From assembly GCA_017654855.1 (NCBI GenBank), contig CM030336.1, positions 2,418,001-2,482,000 on the forward strand: DNA of 64,000 nucleotides, written 5' to 3'. This document shows, one piece after another, positions 12,987 through 27,093 of the stretch; the stretch's first letter is position 1, and every line of letters begins with the position of its first letter. The position numbers and the translations under genes were made by a program. A model generated the notes under the pieces. That model did no database searches. It was not told the DNA's origin and saw only the letters and a program-made list of their open reading frames with translations. Source of the DNA: Podospora anserina. Taxonomy: Eukaryota.

Positions 12987-13106
12987 AAACACCCTCCATC
13001 AAAACACCCTCCATCAAAACACCCTCCATCAAAACACCCTCCATCAAAACACCCTCCATCAAAACACCCTCCATCAAAACACCCTCCATCAAGACACCCT
13101 CCATCA
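12987..13106 (+). repeat. 15-bp minisatellite (AAACACCCTCCATCA) x8
   Basis: Seven identical copies plus one with an A>G change; read directly from the sequence. Confidence 0.95.
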
Positions 13107-14772
13107 AACAGCCGGTTTTCCAGAACCTCATCACAGACAACTGGCCTCATCGAAATTCCACCACCAAATACCCGTCATGGAACTCGCTCCCATCTGGGGA
13201 ATGTCTGCTTGTGGGAATGGCCGTGTCGTCTCACTATTCATACCAGAGTCGTTAATAAAGACACATCGAGATGATTCTGGCTGTCAGACATACCTGTAGT
13301 AAGCCCCAACGGCTTCCACTCGAGAGAACTATCCCGTAATCGAAGACCTTGTGATGTTAGCCAGCAAGGGACAAATGCACGTACCTTGTAGCTGATGATT
13401 TGACAACGATTTGATACAAAAAAAAGCTGTTCGCCCACCCACCCTGTCTAGCCGACCGACTACCCACCCCAATCCAGCGAGCCGAGTCCAGGTAAGTGTC
13501 CCGAGCCCGCAACTAGTGGTGGGCAGCCACGTCGTTTAGGAGTCGTAGAAGGTTCCACTTAAGGAGAGCTCTGCAACATCCGTGACGGTGAGGCCAGGAT
13601 GGAGTTTGCTGCAGCCGTGTAATGCTTCAGACACCACCCTTCCACGAAAGTACCAGGCGACATCGAAGTCTGGATATGTCGGTCATGAGGCATCAGTGTC
13701 ACCAATTCCAAAGCCACACCGAGGGAGGGGAGGACCAAGGTGGCCGCACCCCACACGATGAGCCAGTGGGCTGGGTCCTCCGCCGAGCCAGACGTTCATA
13801 GAGCCACACAACGATAGACCCCCGTAAAGGGCAAGGCAATGATACTGCTGGAAAGGAGGAACACAAGAAGGGCGTAGCAAACACGCTGCCCACGCGTGCC
13901 AGAAGAAGGGGAAGAGAAGGATGGCATTCTTGCTTTCGGTAGTTGGCAAAGAGAGAAAAGAGAAGAGAAAATGTGACAAGGCCGGAGACTTGGGTTTTGA
14001 AGCCGCTCTGGAAGCATGCTCGTTCTTGCTGTTTCCTATTACTGAGGTCATTTTGGTCCCCGCTTGCAGGCGTAGTTCCTTCCCCAGTACGTCGAACTTC
14101 GCTGGGAGTTCTCCGAATCGTCCGTTGGTGGGAAGAGATGGGGAATGGAAGTCACAAATCTGAAAATCCGTGAGGAAAGAACAGAGCAGGACACCGTGGT
14201 CTTTGGTCCCGAGGGTAAGTCCCATTGCATGTGTTGCCCTCCTGTCTGCGGAAAGCACCCCTGAGCTGTAATTGAAGCATGGCTTGGGACCACCAAATCC
14301 TGGGTTGGCCACATTTCTCCAGGCAGAAGATATGACCGCGTAAATGTTGAACTCCGTGATAGTTCAAGATAACCTAAAGAAAGTCACTACACACTCTGGA
14401 AGATGTCAAAGAAAATTGAAACCATATTCGGACCATCAGGTAGCAGCCAGACAGATTTGGGGATAGGTGCTAACCTCAATCTTGGGCAAACAATCATGGC
14501 ACTTTTGGTTATGCACGGATAGAGAAAGAGGGGATTCAAAGTTCGCTTTTCCAAAAATTTTGAGTTCACAGCTGGCGTCTTTGCAAGCTTTGGCACATTT
14601 TGCCAGGTGGGCTGAAAGCTTTTTTCACTACTCAATCGAATTCCCGACAATCTTTCCGAGGTTTAAAGGCGTTTCAAATTGCTGAGACAACCTCGGCCTT
14701 GAGAAAGCGACCGCAAACAAGGAGCGAGCCTCTGAAAAGCCGATCCGAGTTCAGAGCACAGAGAAGAACTCG

Positions 14773-15656
14773 ATGGTGACAACCTATCTCGACCTCACCT
14801 CGGATCATGATACTGCCACAATCAACAGCGGCATCACACACACCCCTCAAACAACAAAAGACAGTTCTCATCTCTTGCTTCGAGTAGTAATGGAAAAACT
14901 CGACACAAAGGCCCCGGGTGACACAACCAGTGACCTCCCCCAACCAAATACCCCATCATCACCACCACCGCCGCCCCCCGAATCAACACTACGACAACGA
15001 TGGAAAGCCTTGACCAAAGTCCTCCTCACACCCTACAAAATCCCCAGCCCGCCCCTTCCCCCCCCCTCGCCCCCCTCCACCCCCTCACACCCCCCAGCGA
15101 CAGACCCTCCTCACCATCCTCATCGCGCCCGTCTTCTGGTTCAACATATCGCTCATATTCTGTGGTCTACGCCTTCTCCTGCCCATGGATTTCGACAAAG
15201 ACACGGTCAGTCTTATGAAGCTGCACGGGCGGATTTTGTTGCAAGGTATTACAGGTGGGACAGTTCTCGACCTGGTGCTCTTGGGGGTGTGGTACCTGAC
15301 GGGGGGCTGGCAGATTTGGGGGGTGAGGTTTGCGAGGGAGCGGATGGCGGTGTGGAGGGGGTGGGAGGGGAAGGTTGGAATGGGGGAGGTGGAGAGGAGG
15401 TGTAGGGGGGGTGTATAGGCCTTTGGGGATTTTGTTGGAGGAGTTGTGGAGGGGGTGGTTGGGGGATCCTTGGGAGGGGGAGAGGGGAAAAGGGGGAGGG
15501 GGAGGGTTGGAAGTTGGGATGTGTTTGGCTGCTATTGGACTTTACTCTCTCTTTATTGTCGTTATGTGTCTATCGAGAAAAGGTGCTTCACGTCAAGATA
15601 GTCAACTGTCTTTCTCTTTTTCAAAAAAGGGTTTTGATCAGAGGATGGGAGAATAA
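14773..15656 (+). pseudogene. Hypothetical membrane protein split by two apparent +1 frameshifts at homopolymer runs (pseudogene or assembly error)
   Basis: Protein-like text moves frame at C9 (15058-15066) and G7 (15405-15411): ...LLTPYKIPSPPL / PPRPPPPPHTPQRQTLLTILIAPVFWFNISLIFCGLRLLLPMDF...LDLVLLGVWYLTGGW... / VYRPLGILLEELWRGWLG...MCLAAIGLYSLFIVVMCL. Confidence 0.45.
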
Positions 15657-16152
15657 GGCTCTCTGGAACATGACTGGAAAGCATGCTGTTGGAGGAGGTA
15701 CGAGTGCGGACAGACCGTGGGCGAGAGACAGGGCAGTGCCGACGTCAGTCTTTCGGCAAGGCTCTGTCTTGTCGTGCCGACTACCAGATTGGTGGGTAAG
15801 GCTGGACTGATGGGAGATGAAATCAGATTATCAGTTTCTCCATGTGCCGTCAGTCAGGCGTCCAAGAGATGGATTGGTCTGTGCTTCTGTGCATCGTATT
15901 CAGGGGGCGATGCGATTGGTTGTTGGAAGAGTGAGGCACTGGACGTGTGTGGCTTACCACCTTTGCTGCATGTGGACGCACGTCTTTGGGGATGGGAAAA
16001 TCGCGAGATACGATGAGGGTGTTGTTGCGGCTGAAATAGGATGAATATGGAAATGTATATATCTCGCTCATGACGCCCACTGCGGCATGGGATGAGGAGT
16101 AACGATTTGGTCATACTCAACCACCACTGAGCACCACAAGATCGAAACCACG

Positions 16153-17355
16153 ATGGAGTCAGGAGAATACGGTATGTTTTCTCTGGATGGAGTTTGTCCG
16201 TGCTTACTTACAACCAAGTCAATAGTCCCTGGCAGTGTGTACTTTTACGCCCCCAACAAGGGCGCTGCCATCTTCTTCGCCATAGCTTTTGCTTTCTCTG
16301 GCTTTTACCATATCTACCAGTGCATGTACGAACAGGATTCAACTATACTTGTCATCACTTACCAATACTGATCGTGAACACCAGCCACTACAAGAGCTGG
16401 CGCCTAACCGGCCTCTACGTCTTCTGCGCCGTCCTATTCGCCGGGGGCTTCGTCGTCCGCGCCTGGGGAGCCTTTGACTACACCAACCTCGTCAAGTACA
16501 TAGTCAGTGTTTGCCTCATCTACGGCGCACCGTACGTTGTTGATACCCCATCCTCTCTCCTCGCCCCCTCCCCCAAATCTACACATTCCGCTAACCTGCA
16601 CCACCACCCCCTTCAGACCCCTCCTGGAGCTCGCAAACTACAACATACTCGGCAGAATCCTCTACTATGCCCCCTACCACTCCCCCATCCACCCCGGCCG
16701 GGTAATCACCACCTTCGCCTTCATCTCCGCCGTCATCGAAGCCCTCAACGGCAACGGCGTCTCCCTAACAGCAAACCAATCCCTCGCCCCCTGGCGCCAA
16801 GACATCGGCCGCGCCCTCCTCAAAGCATCCCTCCTCATCCAAGTCTTCGTCATCACCCTCTTCATCCTCCTAGCAGCCATCTTCCACCACCGCTGTTATA
16901 AGTCAGGGATGCGCAACGCCAAACTCTACAACCCGCTCTACACGCTCTACATCTCCACCGCGTTGCTCTTCGCAAGGACAATCTTCCGGGTGGTGGAGTA
17001 CTGGTCCATCGCTGAGCATGATTACTGGAAGCCGGGGTTTGATCCCAAGAGTTTGAGCCCGGCGATCAGATATGAGAGTTTTTTTTATGTGTTTGAGGCG
17101 ATGCTGATGTTGATCAATCATGTGCTGCTGAATGTAAGGCATCCGAGGATGTGGCTGCCAAAGAGCACAAAGACGTACTTGTCTAGGGCGGATGGGGTGA
17201 CGGAGATTGACGGGCCGGGGTATAAGGACGGGAGGCCGTTTTGGGTGACGCTTGTTGATCCTTTTGATGTGCATGGGTTGTTGGGTGGGAGGAAGAAGGG
17301 TGGTGACTTTTGGGATGGGGATGGGGAACAACGGACGGGGAAGGATGGGTGTTGA
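16153..17355 (+). CDS. RTA1-like (lipid-translocating exporter family) 7-TM protein; exons 16153-16171, 16226-16325, 16385-16531, 16617-17355
   Basis: YFYAPNKGAAIFF, APPLLELANYNILGRIL, RTIFRVVEY and ESFFYVFEAMLM are typical RTA1 motifs; three canonical introns join the frames. Confidence 0.9.
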
Positions 17356-19705
17356 TGGTTTGGAATTGTTTTGGTCAGGACGAGCGGTGAAGGGAAGGAA
17401 GGCAAACACTTCTAATCGCTGGTGAGAGGTTCGGTCCGGTGTCTTGGGATTCTCCGTTGGCGTACGGCGTCAAGATGCTTGTTTGCCTGTTTCTTCAAGG
17501 GGAACCGAGATCCGATCGTATAATGCGGTGAGCGGTGAGGCGCCGACGGGGAAGAGGCGGTTTCAGAAGCCTCAAAGGAATCCGCCAGATGAGTGTGTAG
17601 TTTTCATGGCCTTTTTCTAGAAGCCGCTGCGGTCATAGGGTGGGGTTGAGGGCGGCTTGGTCCCTCGGAAGGATGTATAGACTTTTTCAACGTGCACAAG
17701 TCATCGTGTTGAGCATTGATTTCGAATTCTTGAAGTTGATCGCCCCAAATGCTGTTTCGATCTTGACAAGAACTCGGAGCCGGCTTGCTGTTGGCCATGA
17801 TACGAACGGACGAACAACGGGCGGAAGTCCTAACGACCAACCCCGGAGATGGCCTCAAAATGTCAAGGTCCATTTTCGTTGTTTTATGCGACCAGAGGCC
17901 AACACGAGAATGCCGCACGAGGATTTATTGTGCGACTTCAAGTGCCAAACTTTGGGGGTTTTGGACGTCTATGTGTGTTAGCCAAGCCTCAAAATTTAGG
18001 ACTTTGGGAGCCGATTGATATCAAGCGAAGTGGGACTGCAATTTTGTCAAGTATCTGAACAGCAGCTCTGTTTATCATTCATGACGAGGGAGAAACCGCC
18101 AGTTGGACCCTTGAGAATCCTTCATCCTTGATGGCCACTAAGCAAGCAAGCCGGGCTGGTGATGGCGGAAGACCATGTGGCGTCGGCAACTTCCACCGGG
18201 CGAAAAAAAAAAAGGATGCCAAGATGAAGAACTACCGGTCATTTCGGTCATAAAATTGATTCGACTTGAAGGACACGCGAAAATGTAGCTGGGAACGGGG
18301 TTCACCATGAGACTTCTAGACTGGAGGTTGATGAGGTTTGTGTGCCTGTCATTGTGGCTTGATGAAGAGCACTGTCCATACTAAGTGTGGCGTTTGTGGC
18401 ACACTTGTGTGGGTTTGCCTTTTGGCCTGGCGGGGCACGGTCGGTGGCTTGAACGCCGTTGATGTTCATTCTCACTCGGTTTGCTGTCGGTAGTCAGAAA
18501 CAGTGCCCGGAATAGCATCCGAAGGGTGCCTATCTTTTCTCTACTTTTGTCAATTGCCTTTGTGAGGCGAGTGATTTCTCCGCCTGACAACTCAGCCGGG
18601 CATTGAATCCTTCCGCTGTCATGTCCCCGCCCACGCGCGAGCTGCGAGTTGCTGACTGCTAGCTAACATCAACCCTCGCTCAACCCTCTCAGCACACGAT
18701 CACGATACACGATACACAACCGTGACGCGAGCCAAGGTGACATGCTCCTCAAAGGTCTGTTTCGTTTCTAGCATCTGCACCGTCTCAAACACACTACAGC
18801 CCGCCCCCGTCGCCCCTCGTCCCCTCGTCCCCTCATCCCCCCGTGCAATGAGACGCTGCTGCTTGTCACCTGCATGCCATGCCATGCTGCGGTAAATGCA
18901 TATTCGGGAGGCGGTTTTCTACGGGCACTATACCTGGAGCCTAGTGGCCTCGTTGGTTCAGGTGCACAATTGCAGCGTCTTGTAGGTAATACAAGATTAA
19001 TTTGTTTCTCAGTACCAACACAGCCTCGAGGATCAGCTTCCCAACTCGCCTCCTACTTTCGGCTCTTCCTTTTCCTCGGCCTCGGCCAACTCCCCAACAC
19101 TGAATTGCGAGTTGTGGATTGCGAAGTTGCGAGAGGATCGCTGCTAGTTTCAAACGGCAGAGGCCGAGATATCGTTTGTCCGAGGTAGTTCCTTGGTGAC
19201 AGTCAATCCCTCTGGCGCGGGGCTGCTTTGGTAACTTGGTACGGAGTAATTCGAAAGATTGATTGATTAATCCGCCTCTGCCCGCTGAACCCAGCGTGCC
19301 AGTGTCCCGGTGAGGTGAAAGAAGGGCCAAGGGATGCCAGCATTGCCAGGCTGCCGTTTTTCCAACACACCAACCCATCAATCCCAATCCCACCCCTGTC
19401 GGCGGCGGTGCACCGCCCGAACAGCAGCACGCGCATCGCAGCGGTCATCTTGGGCCGCCCGCCTTTTCCATCAACCCCCCCCCCTTGTGCCCTTGTGTGC
19501 CCCTGTGCCCCTGAACATTCCGTTTACCAAAACCTTATACTTCGGGTGTCGCCCACAAACCGCCGCATCAAACTACCGAGTCGAGAGTAGACATATCTTA
19601 GCGGCCTTCTCAGCTTATATCATCAGCCAGTGGTGCCTTCACCAACCTACCTATATGATCCTTTGGTAGCCACTTTTCTCCTTCCTTCCCAAGTGCTTCA
19701 CGGCC

Positions 19706-20857
19706 ATGGCAAACACAAGGGACACAACAATGGCCAACCCGTCAGCTTCAATGTCACAAGAACGGTCTGAGTGGAGGGGTCCCGAAATATATCTCCATCT
19801 CGAGTTTAGGGTCGCCTGGTCCAGGAAGCCACAGCCCGTCAAGAACCACCAAGTTACATACCGATCTCGCGCCAGTCGTGAGAGGGCCCCAGCATTTCCT
19901 CGTCAGGTTCATGCTCCCAACACCAACTACCTCGCCGCCATCCGTGACTTTGATCAGAGACAGGCAGTACGCCGGAGCTTACTTGCCGAAGGCCAGCAAA
20001 GAGCCCACCATCAGTTGCAGGAGTACTACCAGGAGGACACACGGGGGAGACCACAGCACCAGATTCCCATCATCCACGAGCCGGAGCAGGAGTCAGATCA
20101 ACGTCGATCTCGAGCCGAGTCGGTTTCCTCACATGAGCGAGGAAGCTCAGCGCCCCCACCCATTGGCGATAACCCGTGGGACGTGAGCGTCCCGAGAGGA
20201 CAACAGACAAAGGCTCTGCCCCCGGCGCCTTCCCAGTTCCGCTTGGGAGAGGGATCTGATCCATGGTCAACCTGGTCGCTGCCACCGGGCTTTGATCCGA
20301 CAATCTCTTTGCAGGATGAGCCCGAAGACTCGGCACAACGACCACAAGAATGGGTGGCATCCAACCCTACCGAGGTTTCTACCTTCTCACCCGAACCCGC
20401 CCAAGCCACCACCCACGCGCGCGATCATGTGGAATCTGGTTCCGTCATGACATCTCCTTTCAGTCCCGAACACTTTCCCGACCAACCTGACACTGGTCGC
20501 GTACGGGAACTGGAGGCGCTCTCGGCAGCTATGATGACGGTCGACAACGGGTTCGAGAATCAGTGGTGGTATCAAGGGCGGCGAGCCCAGGTCGCCGAGG
20601 ATGCCAACGAAACCAGAAGTCTGCATTCACCGAGGCCAGGAACACCGGAGCATGTCCAGCTGCACCGCTGGTCAACAGAGCCCATAGGCAGCCCCGAGAC
20701 GATGAGTGCCACCGTCAGCGGCCAGACTCCTTCCCTGGCCCAGACTGGCTTTGTCTCTCCGATCACGGAAGCTGCGAGCCCTGCTCTGGGTTTTGGCACA
20801 CTTCAACGGACGTTGTCGACGAGGTCGGAAGAGCTGTGGTTTTCTGAACGGGCATAA
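19706..20857 (+). CDS. Hypothetical protein (383 aa, largely disordered)
   Basis: Long ATG ORF with coding-like codon use and motif-like blocks ELEALSAAMMTVDNGFENQWWYQG and LQRTLSTRSEELWF; start codon uncertain. Confidence 0.7.
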   Translation: MANTRDTTMANPSASMSQERSEWRGPEIYLHLEFRVAWSRKPQPVKNHQVTYRSRASRERAPAFPRQVHAPNTNYLAAIRDFDQRQAVRRSLLAEGQQRAHHQLQEYYQEDTRGRPQHQIPIIHEPEQESDQRRSRAESVSSHERGSSAPPPIGDNPWDVSVPRGQQTKALPPAPSQFRLGEGSDPWSTWSLPPGFDPTISLQDEPEDSAQRPQEWVASNPTEVSTFSPEPAQATTHARDHVESGSVMTSPFSPEHFPDQPDTGRVRELEALSAAMMTVDNGFENQWWYQGRRAQVAEDANETRSLHSPRPGTPEHVQLHRWSTEPIGSPETMSATVSGQTPSLAQTGFVSPITEAASPALGFGTLQRTLSTRSEELWFSERA

Positions 20858-23800
20858 TAGTGTTCTGGAGGGTTTTCCATTTTTTTCTTGTTCGACTTTC
20901 TTGGTATTTATTAATGTGATCTAATGTACATGTATCTATGAATGGGACTCGCTCGGCTTTGTGACGTGAGTAATGTGTTTTTTGGAAGAAAAGCGTATTG
21001 TGGAATTATTGGGGAGTTTTGGGTCTTGATTTGGAGTTTTTGGGGGGGTTCTTTTTGGTAGTGACTTGTCTCTTTAGCTGAGCCGCCTGTATACAGCGTG
21101 GCTTTGTCATTGGCGATATCCAATGTTTAAGATGTATTCTGTTTCTGTCATTTTGTCTTAAGCTACTCCTGTGACAAGAAATGCTGGTTTCCAGCCGACC
21201 CCTCTGCAGATAGATACCGAAAATAGAGAACAGCATTCCTGATGTTGACGGATAGGCAATGTGTCTCGAATTTCACATGGGGAGTATAAATCTATATACG
21301 GAAAACAACATCTTTACTTGCTCAACAAAGAAACTTGGAATGTTGACGAACTGAAACTTCATTCTTTCGTTGTGCTAGAGTCGGCATGTCTGTAGCTTAG
21401 CAAGCGCAACTGGAGTGTGTGTGCAAATGGATGGTGGCCCCTCGCCCACCTCCTCCTTCCTTTGAGTCCTCACTGGAGACTCCAGGCACTCATCGGAGAG
21501 TCTAGACTGAAGTTAGTGAAGAGCCTCAGGGGTAGGTAAACTTGGGATGTTGGTATGTGGAGGCCTGGAACGCTTGACCGTGAGGTTAGGTAGGTAAGGT
21601 ATGAGAGATTTGTTCTGGACAGAGAGGAGCTGGTTCATGATAGGTACTTGCATGCGGCTTGGGAATCCCCGGACGACCGACAACCTGCAGCTCTCGGCGT
21701 TTGATCTTTGGGAGCTGCCTGGCCGTGGTGGGTGAGCCGGGCTGAAGTGGTTGAGGAGGGAGGGGTGTAGTCTGCTCTCTTCATGGCATGGCAAGGGGGG
21801 CTGCTCGAGTGGGGTGTATGGCAGTCCGCTTTCTTGTGGCCTGGCGAGAGGGGGTTTATTCTCCGTCTTGCATTCTTTGCCATGATGTTACAGTACGAAT
21901 ATGTGAGTGACGTCGAGAATACCGAGAGGTTTTTTCTCGTTTGCTTCATCAGAGATGGTCGTTTGTGAACCTAGCCCTACGCTAGATGATGGGGTAGATT
22001 CGGGCTTGTGATGGCCTGCCAGCCAAAGGGCCTGGTGAGTAAATTATTTCCCTTGCCGCTTGGTGATGTGGGTAACAGGCGGGAGGCCCCTTCTCGTTGC
22101 AGTGATTATCTTATCGTAACGGAGCTTCGGTGAAGCTATGGCTGTTTGATGCCACTTCAGGGATGTATTGTTGGAGCCTGTTGACGGCCCTTGCAGCGGG
22201 TAATGTGGTATCTGCGACTTGGGCAATCTTCACTGTCTTCAGTGGGTCTAGCTTGACGGTATCTACCGTGACCCTCGGGCTCGAGCAGGAAACGATGGGG
22301 GCCTAGCCTTCACAACGTTGCAGATGTATCTCAGCGGCGCCAGCTCGGCTCTGGTGGATGGCTTAGCGGGCCTGGCGGCTGCTCGATAGCCTCAGGGGAA
22401 AGGGTGAACTGCTGAGGTGGAGGTAGTTTGTGTAGGACTCGGCCCGTTTGTCTCTTGGGCAATGTAGGTGATACTACTCCGGGGTTGATCCATCGTGATC
22501 TTGAGGATGGTCTAGAGTGTAGCCGGCGGAAAGAATGATGAGCAAGGAGACATTTGAAGGTTGTGATTCAGGGGTCTGGACATGAGTGTTGAAGCCGTCA
22601 GATGTTCTAGCTTGAGAAGAATCATTCTTGCTACAAGACCATGCCCATGCCGAGTTCTCGGTCATGTCGCCAGAGCAGTCCTTGACTGATAGCCCACTCT
22701 GCCAGCCATGAAGGCGAGGGGCACTGCCGCCCCTCACTCCACAGGACTGGCTGGCAACTCATTGGTGGTAAGAGCCAGAGGAAGAATACCACGCGGGCCT
22801 TGTTGTTTGACCTGGTAGTTGGTGGAGGTTTGCGGGGAGCTTTACTCGGCTATTCATGGGGTGGAGATGGTCGTGGCCCAGCATGTTTGGCAGTAGCCAG
22901 TCTCTCAGGTGGCTACCATCCCCTGTCTAGACGAGGCTTGGGTATGAGAGGTAGCTAGGAGGCGACGCCCCGTGATTTCCCTCGAACCTTTGGCCTCATG
23001 AGCTTTGAATGATAAATGTCTTTTACCATGTCACTGTGTCCTTCGTCTGTGACGTTGCCATTGTGGGAACATCTGAAGCAGTCAGATCACAAAGAAGCCT
23101 GATCAAGAGGTAGAATGCCTCGTTATTGCCTTTACAGTTCCGATTATGCAGTGTGAATGTGGCTTTGTAGCCTCATGTAAAATGAGGAAGAAAAATAGTC
23201 GACGAGGTTGTACTGGGGGCGTCCTGAGAAAAGGCAGGGAACCTTAGGCTGCCAGATATCTTGCAGCAGCTGTAACATGGTTGAGCCCAGGTCATGTCGG
23301 CTTCTTGCTGCATCGCCTGAGACCCCAGACTTGATCTGGACCGCCACTGGCCGCTGGAACACAACTGAGTGGTTCTGGTAGCACCGCTCAGAAACAATGT
23401 CGTCAGTTGGATCATCCAAAAGGGGTTACTGGACTACCAGGATCTAAACGCATGAGTGGGAAGGATGTACCGAGTGACATGGCTGGCTCCTGAATAGTAA
23501 CGAAAGATCTGTCAGTCACTTGGCCAGCATGTGATAGACATGATGCTGGAAAATAGAATTAATTGTAAATTTACCTACCTTGATGGTGTCGATGTCCACC
23601 CTGCCAAATCCTTCCAATCTCGTTGGCCAGCGCTTGTCGTTCCTTCCCCGTGAAGGGGCGGAGGCGGAGTTGGGGACCCATTTCCAGCAGCTACATCCAT
23701 ATCTCTTAGCTAACGACCTGACACTTTCGCAGTTGTTCTTTTGGTGAGATGTGACTGCCGGCTTGATATCGGGCCTGGACTGACGGCGGTAAGCACCGAA

Positions 23801-26800
23801 GTCATCCTCTTTGCAGATCTAGCCTTCTGACAGCGACAGCCATCTCAACTATCCGCGAATCCTCAGCATCCACAGCATCGATTCGGAGTATCTTCCTTCG
23901 TTAAAGCCGTAACGATTGCAACTCGCTCCTACTCCCGGTTCACCAGAAGAACTCGGCATGGCTTGGCCCCAAGAGGTTTACACCTTCTCTCACTTCCCGC
24001 TGCAGCAGCCACCCAGGTCAAAGTCTTGGTAGCCGACTACTTCAACCCCCTTAGGGTGACTTTCATGGCAAAGGAGGCTACTCTGGACGGTTAAAGACCC
24101 GCAAAAGACGTGTCGTGCAGAAAGGGGGCCAACACCATCCGTCCGATGATCTTTGGATTCCCGCTCCGCTCCGCTCCAACAACTGCAACGGCACCATGGC
24201 CGCTAGGTACCCCTCCATCCGTCACAGCCTCTTCTACCGACATACCGTCCATCCCATGTGCCCATCAAGAGGCCATCACAAACACTCCTGCATGCAGCTG
24301 CGACCCCCTTCGACAGGTGTGCCCTGGTCCGCAGTCCCGAATGTTGACAACGCCAAAAAAAATTCTGTTGCCTAGCTGTATGTATCCGGTGTGCCCAATC
24401 AGGAACCAGGAACTTTTCCTTTTGGGTTGAAGGATTCGGGAAGAAAAGCTCACGCTCCGATACAAGCATGCTCATCGAATTATCGCAGTATCGAATATCA
24501 CTCAATCCAAAGCTAGGGGCAGTACCAAACCTTGGTATCCAATCGGCAAGCAGAGATATATGTTTGCCTGGTGAAGCCACATGCAGTCGAAGCTTGTGCA
24601 GATGATATTGTCTGTATCAGCACGGCGCGTGGAAAGTGTCTTTACAGGTCAGTTATTTTCCGATCAAAAACTCGAACTTCTCAAACATCTTGCTCATCAT
24701 TCAACAAGACCGGACGTCAACCGCTGATGGGTTCTACCGGGGCGTATCGCCAAAACCAGTGCAACGTCTTTGATCTCCCCGTTCCCATCCCCACCTGGCC
24801 TTCTCCACCAACTATCGCCAAATATGGCAACTTCCGGAGCGTTGTCAGTCAGAAACCGCTACTAACAAAGTTCCTCAAAGTTCCTTCTACCACGTTACCC
24901 CACGTTGGATCTCCAACGTTATCATCCAAGGGTTGTTGATGATAAAGGGGGTAATCAAATATTTGAGGCTGAGTTATGCAGCAAGCCCCCCCTGTTATCT
25001 CCGTTGCTGACCCCAGTTTTACATGCACATCTCACCAACATATATGCAGTTGTCCCGCGTTTTTTTATTTCCAAGACACAAGACACGGACGCGGGGAGAG
25101 AGAGAGAGAGATGTTTCATGTGTCCAGTTTCCCAAGATGTTGTGTTCATCCCAAGCCAGAAGCAGTCCCAAGTGGAGAGAGCACTGCCCCTCTCACGCGG
25201 TGAACCATGGTAGGGAAGAAATCCTTCCCGCTTCGTCCATCCACAACACTGCCGCGCTTTTCCCAATCTGGTGGGGAGGATGTGATTTGTTGGAGGGGTA
25301 GCTACTGAGTACTGATCAAAACATACAACTCTATGTGGGCATATGCACGATGAAGGAGATTAACGAAATTCCATGGCAAGTTTGGTTGCAAGAGAAGATG
25401 AGGATGAAGATACCATGGCATGATCCGAAATAGCTTCTTGAACGGCCAATGTTGTAATCACTGCCCGGGTAAGTCAACCTCGCCTTGCCGCATCGACACT
25501 TGTGAGAGTTTCTTGAAACGGATCCATCTCGTCATTGCCTAACTTCATGCTACTTACCATCACCTACTTACATAATGGAGGAATTAAAAAGAGAAGCGGG
25601 GATTCCGAAGTGAGACCCATGATGTCAGCGTCTTTCTTGTTACACTGTGAGGCGAAAACATCATCACCACATGTAAAAATAACGCGGTGACACTGAAAAC
25701 ATGTCTGCCCCTTTTTCAAGCGCCACAGGGGGACACAATTAGGTATTCAGCCATCATCAGGCCATCAAGCTTTTCTACCCAAAGTGTCGCTTGCACGACC
25801 AGGGAAAATATTCTTCCTTCGGGCCATCAACTACGTATCCCTTCAAGTCTGTCTTGAATGCCAGCAGTTGTTGAGCATTTCCTGTGTTTTCTACAGTCCA
25901 CCAGCCAAACTAAAAAAAAAAAAAAAAAAGGCCCGCCCACTGCAGCCCATCAAACAGCCTCTTTAGAGCTTCCAACTCTCATCAACACGACTCCCCGCCT
26001 ATAAAGTTCAAGGTACAGGGCTCGGACGTGAATGAACTTGCTATGCCCGCAGAAAACAAACACACCGGCTCAAACTTTACGGTCAAGATCACCAACGTCA
26101 TCACTCCCACTTGAACACACACACAAACTCAACTCAACTGCAATATTTTACATCATTTTTCTTCTTCTCTGCCTTCCTGGCCTAGGTAATTCCACATAGA
26201 TGTCCTCGAAAACACAAAAAGAGCTCTCAAGAAGTTTCTCTCTTTCCACCACAAAAAAAAAAAAGAAAAAAAGAAAAAAAATCCCTTTCGCCTCAATTCA
26301 TATCCCCCTAATCTTTCACATCCTCCAATTTGGGTTATGGCCTCTATGGCATCAACCCCCTTCCCACAATATATCGTACCCTATACCCCCTCCCGCCCTC
26401 CCCCCCTCCCGCGTGGGTATCAAAAGTCTTTGTGCGATCTAGTAATCCATCCGTCCCCCTACCCAACCCCCTCCCTGTCCCTTCCCGATGATGCCCAGTC
26501 CAACCAACCAACCCAACATACCGCTTTCATATTCCCAAATGATAAATCAACAACAACAACAATGTGTTTGTGCGTGCGTGCGTGTGATACCTAACAGTAA
26601 CCACCATGACGATAACAAAAATCCCATGTCCTCCCTATAAACAACAACAAAACGTACACCCCGCCTACTAGAAGAGAAAATAAACAAACAAACAAGATGG
26701 AAATGTTCCAAAGAGAATTTGGGTATCAGCCCATGGTAAAAAGAAAATCATGACAAACAGTGAGAATGTCGTGGTTGGAAAAAGAGTTGAGAGATTCTCT

Positions 26801-27093
26801 TCTTTACTCCTCAAGGCCGTGTCGAAAATAGCCCCCGACAAGACAAAAACAACCCCCTCCCCATAACGCAACCGCAACGCAATGATTCATGTCATGAGAA
26901 AAAAAAACCTGAGTTGTCAAATCTTTCGCAAAAAATGTAACACATTTTCCACCGGGCCATGCCAACCAAGCCAAAATATCGTGACAAAAAGATTGTTCAG
27001 CAACAGCAGACAAATCAAAGCCTGAAAATATAGATCGGGCTAATACTGCCAGTCTATCTCCCAAGGGTCAACAGCAGTAGGGACAACCGCGTC

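Noticed and set aside
12987-13106. Repeat array as CRISPR
   Set aside because: Eukaryotic DNA; head-to-tail repeats with no spacers and no cas genes.
13100-14700. Scattered 60-209 aa ORFs (also 17400-19600, 36100-37600, 55100-56300)
   Set aside because: Mostly non-ATG starts, no codon bias or recognisable domains.
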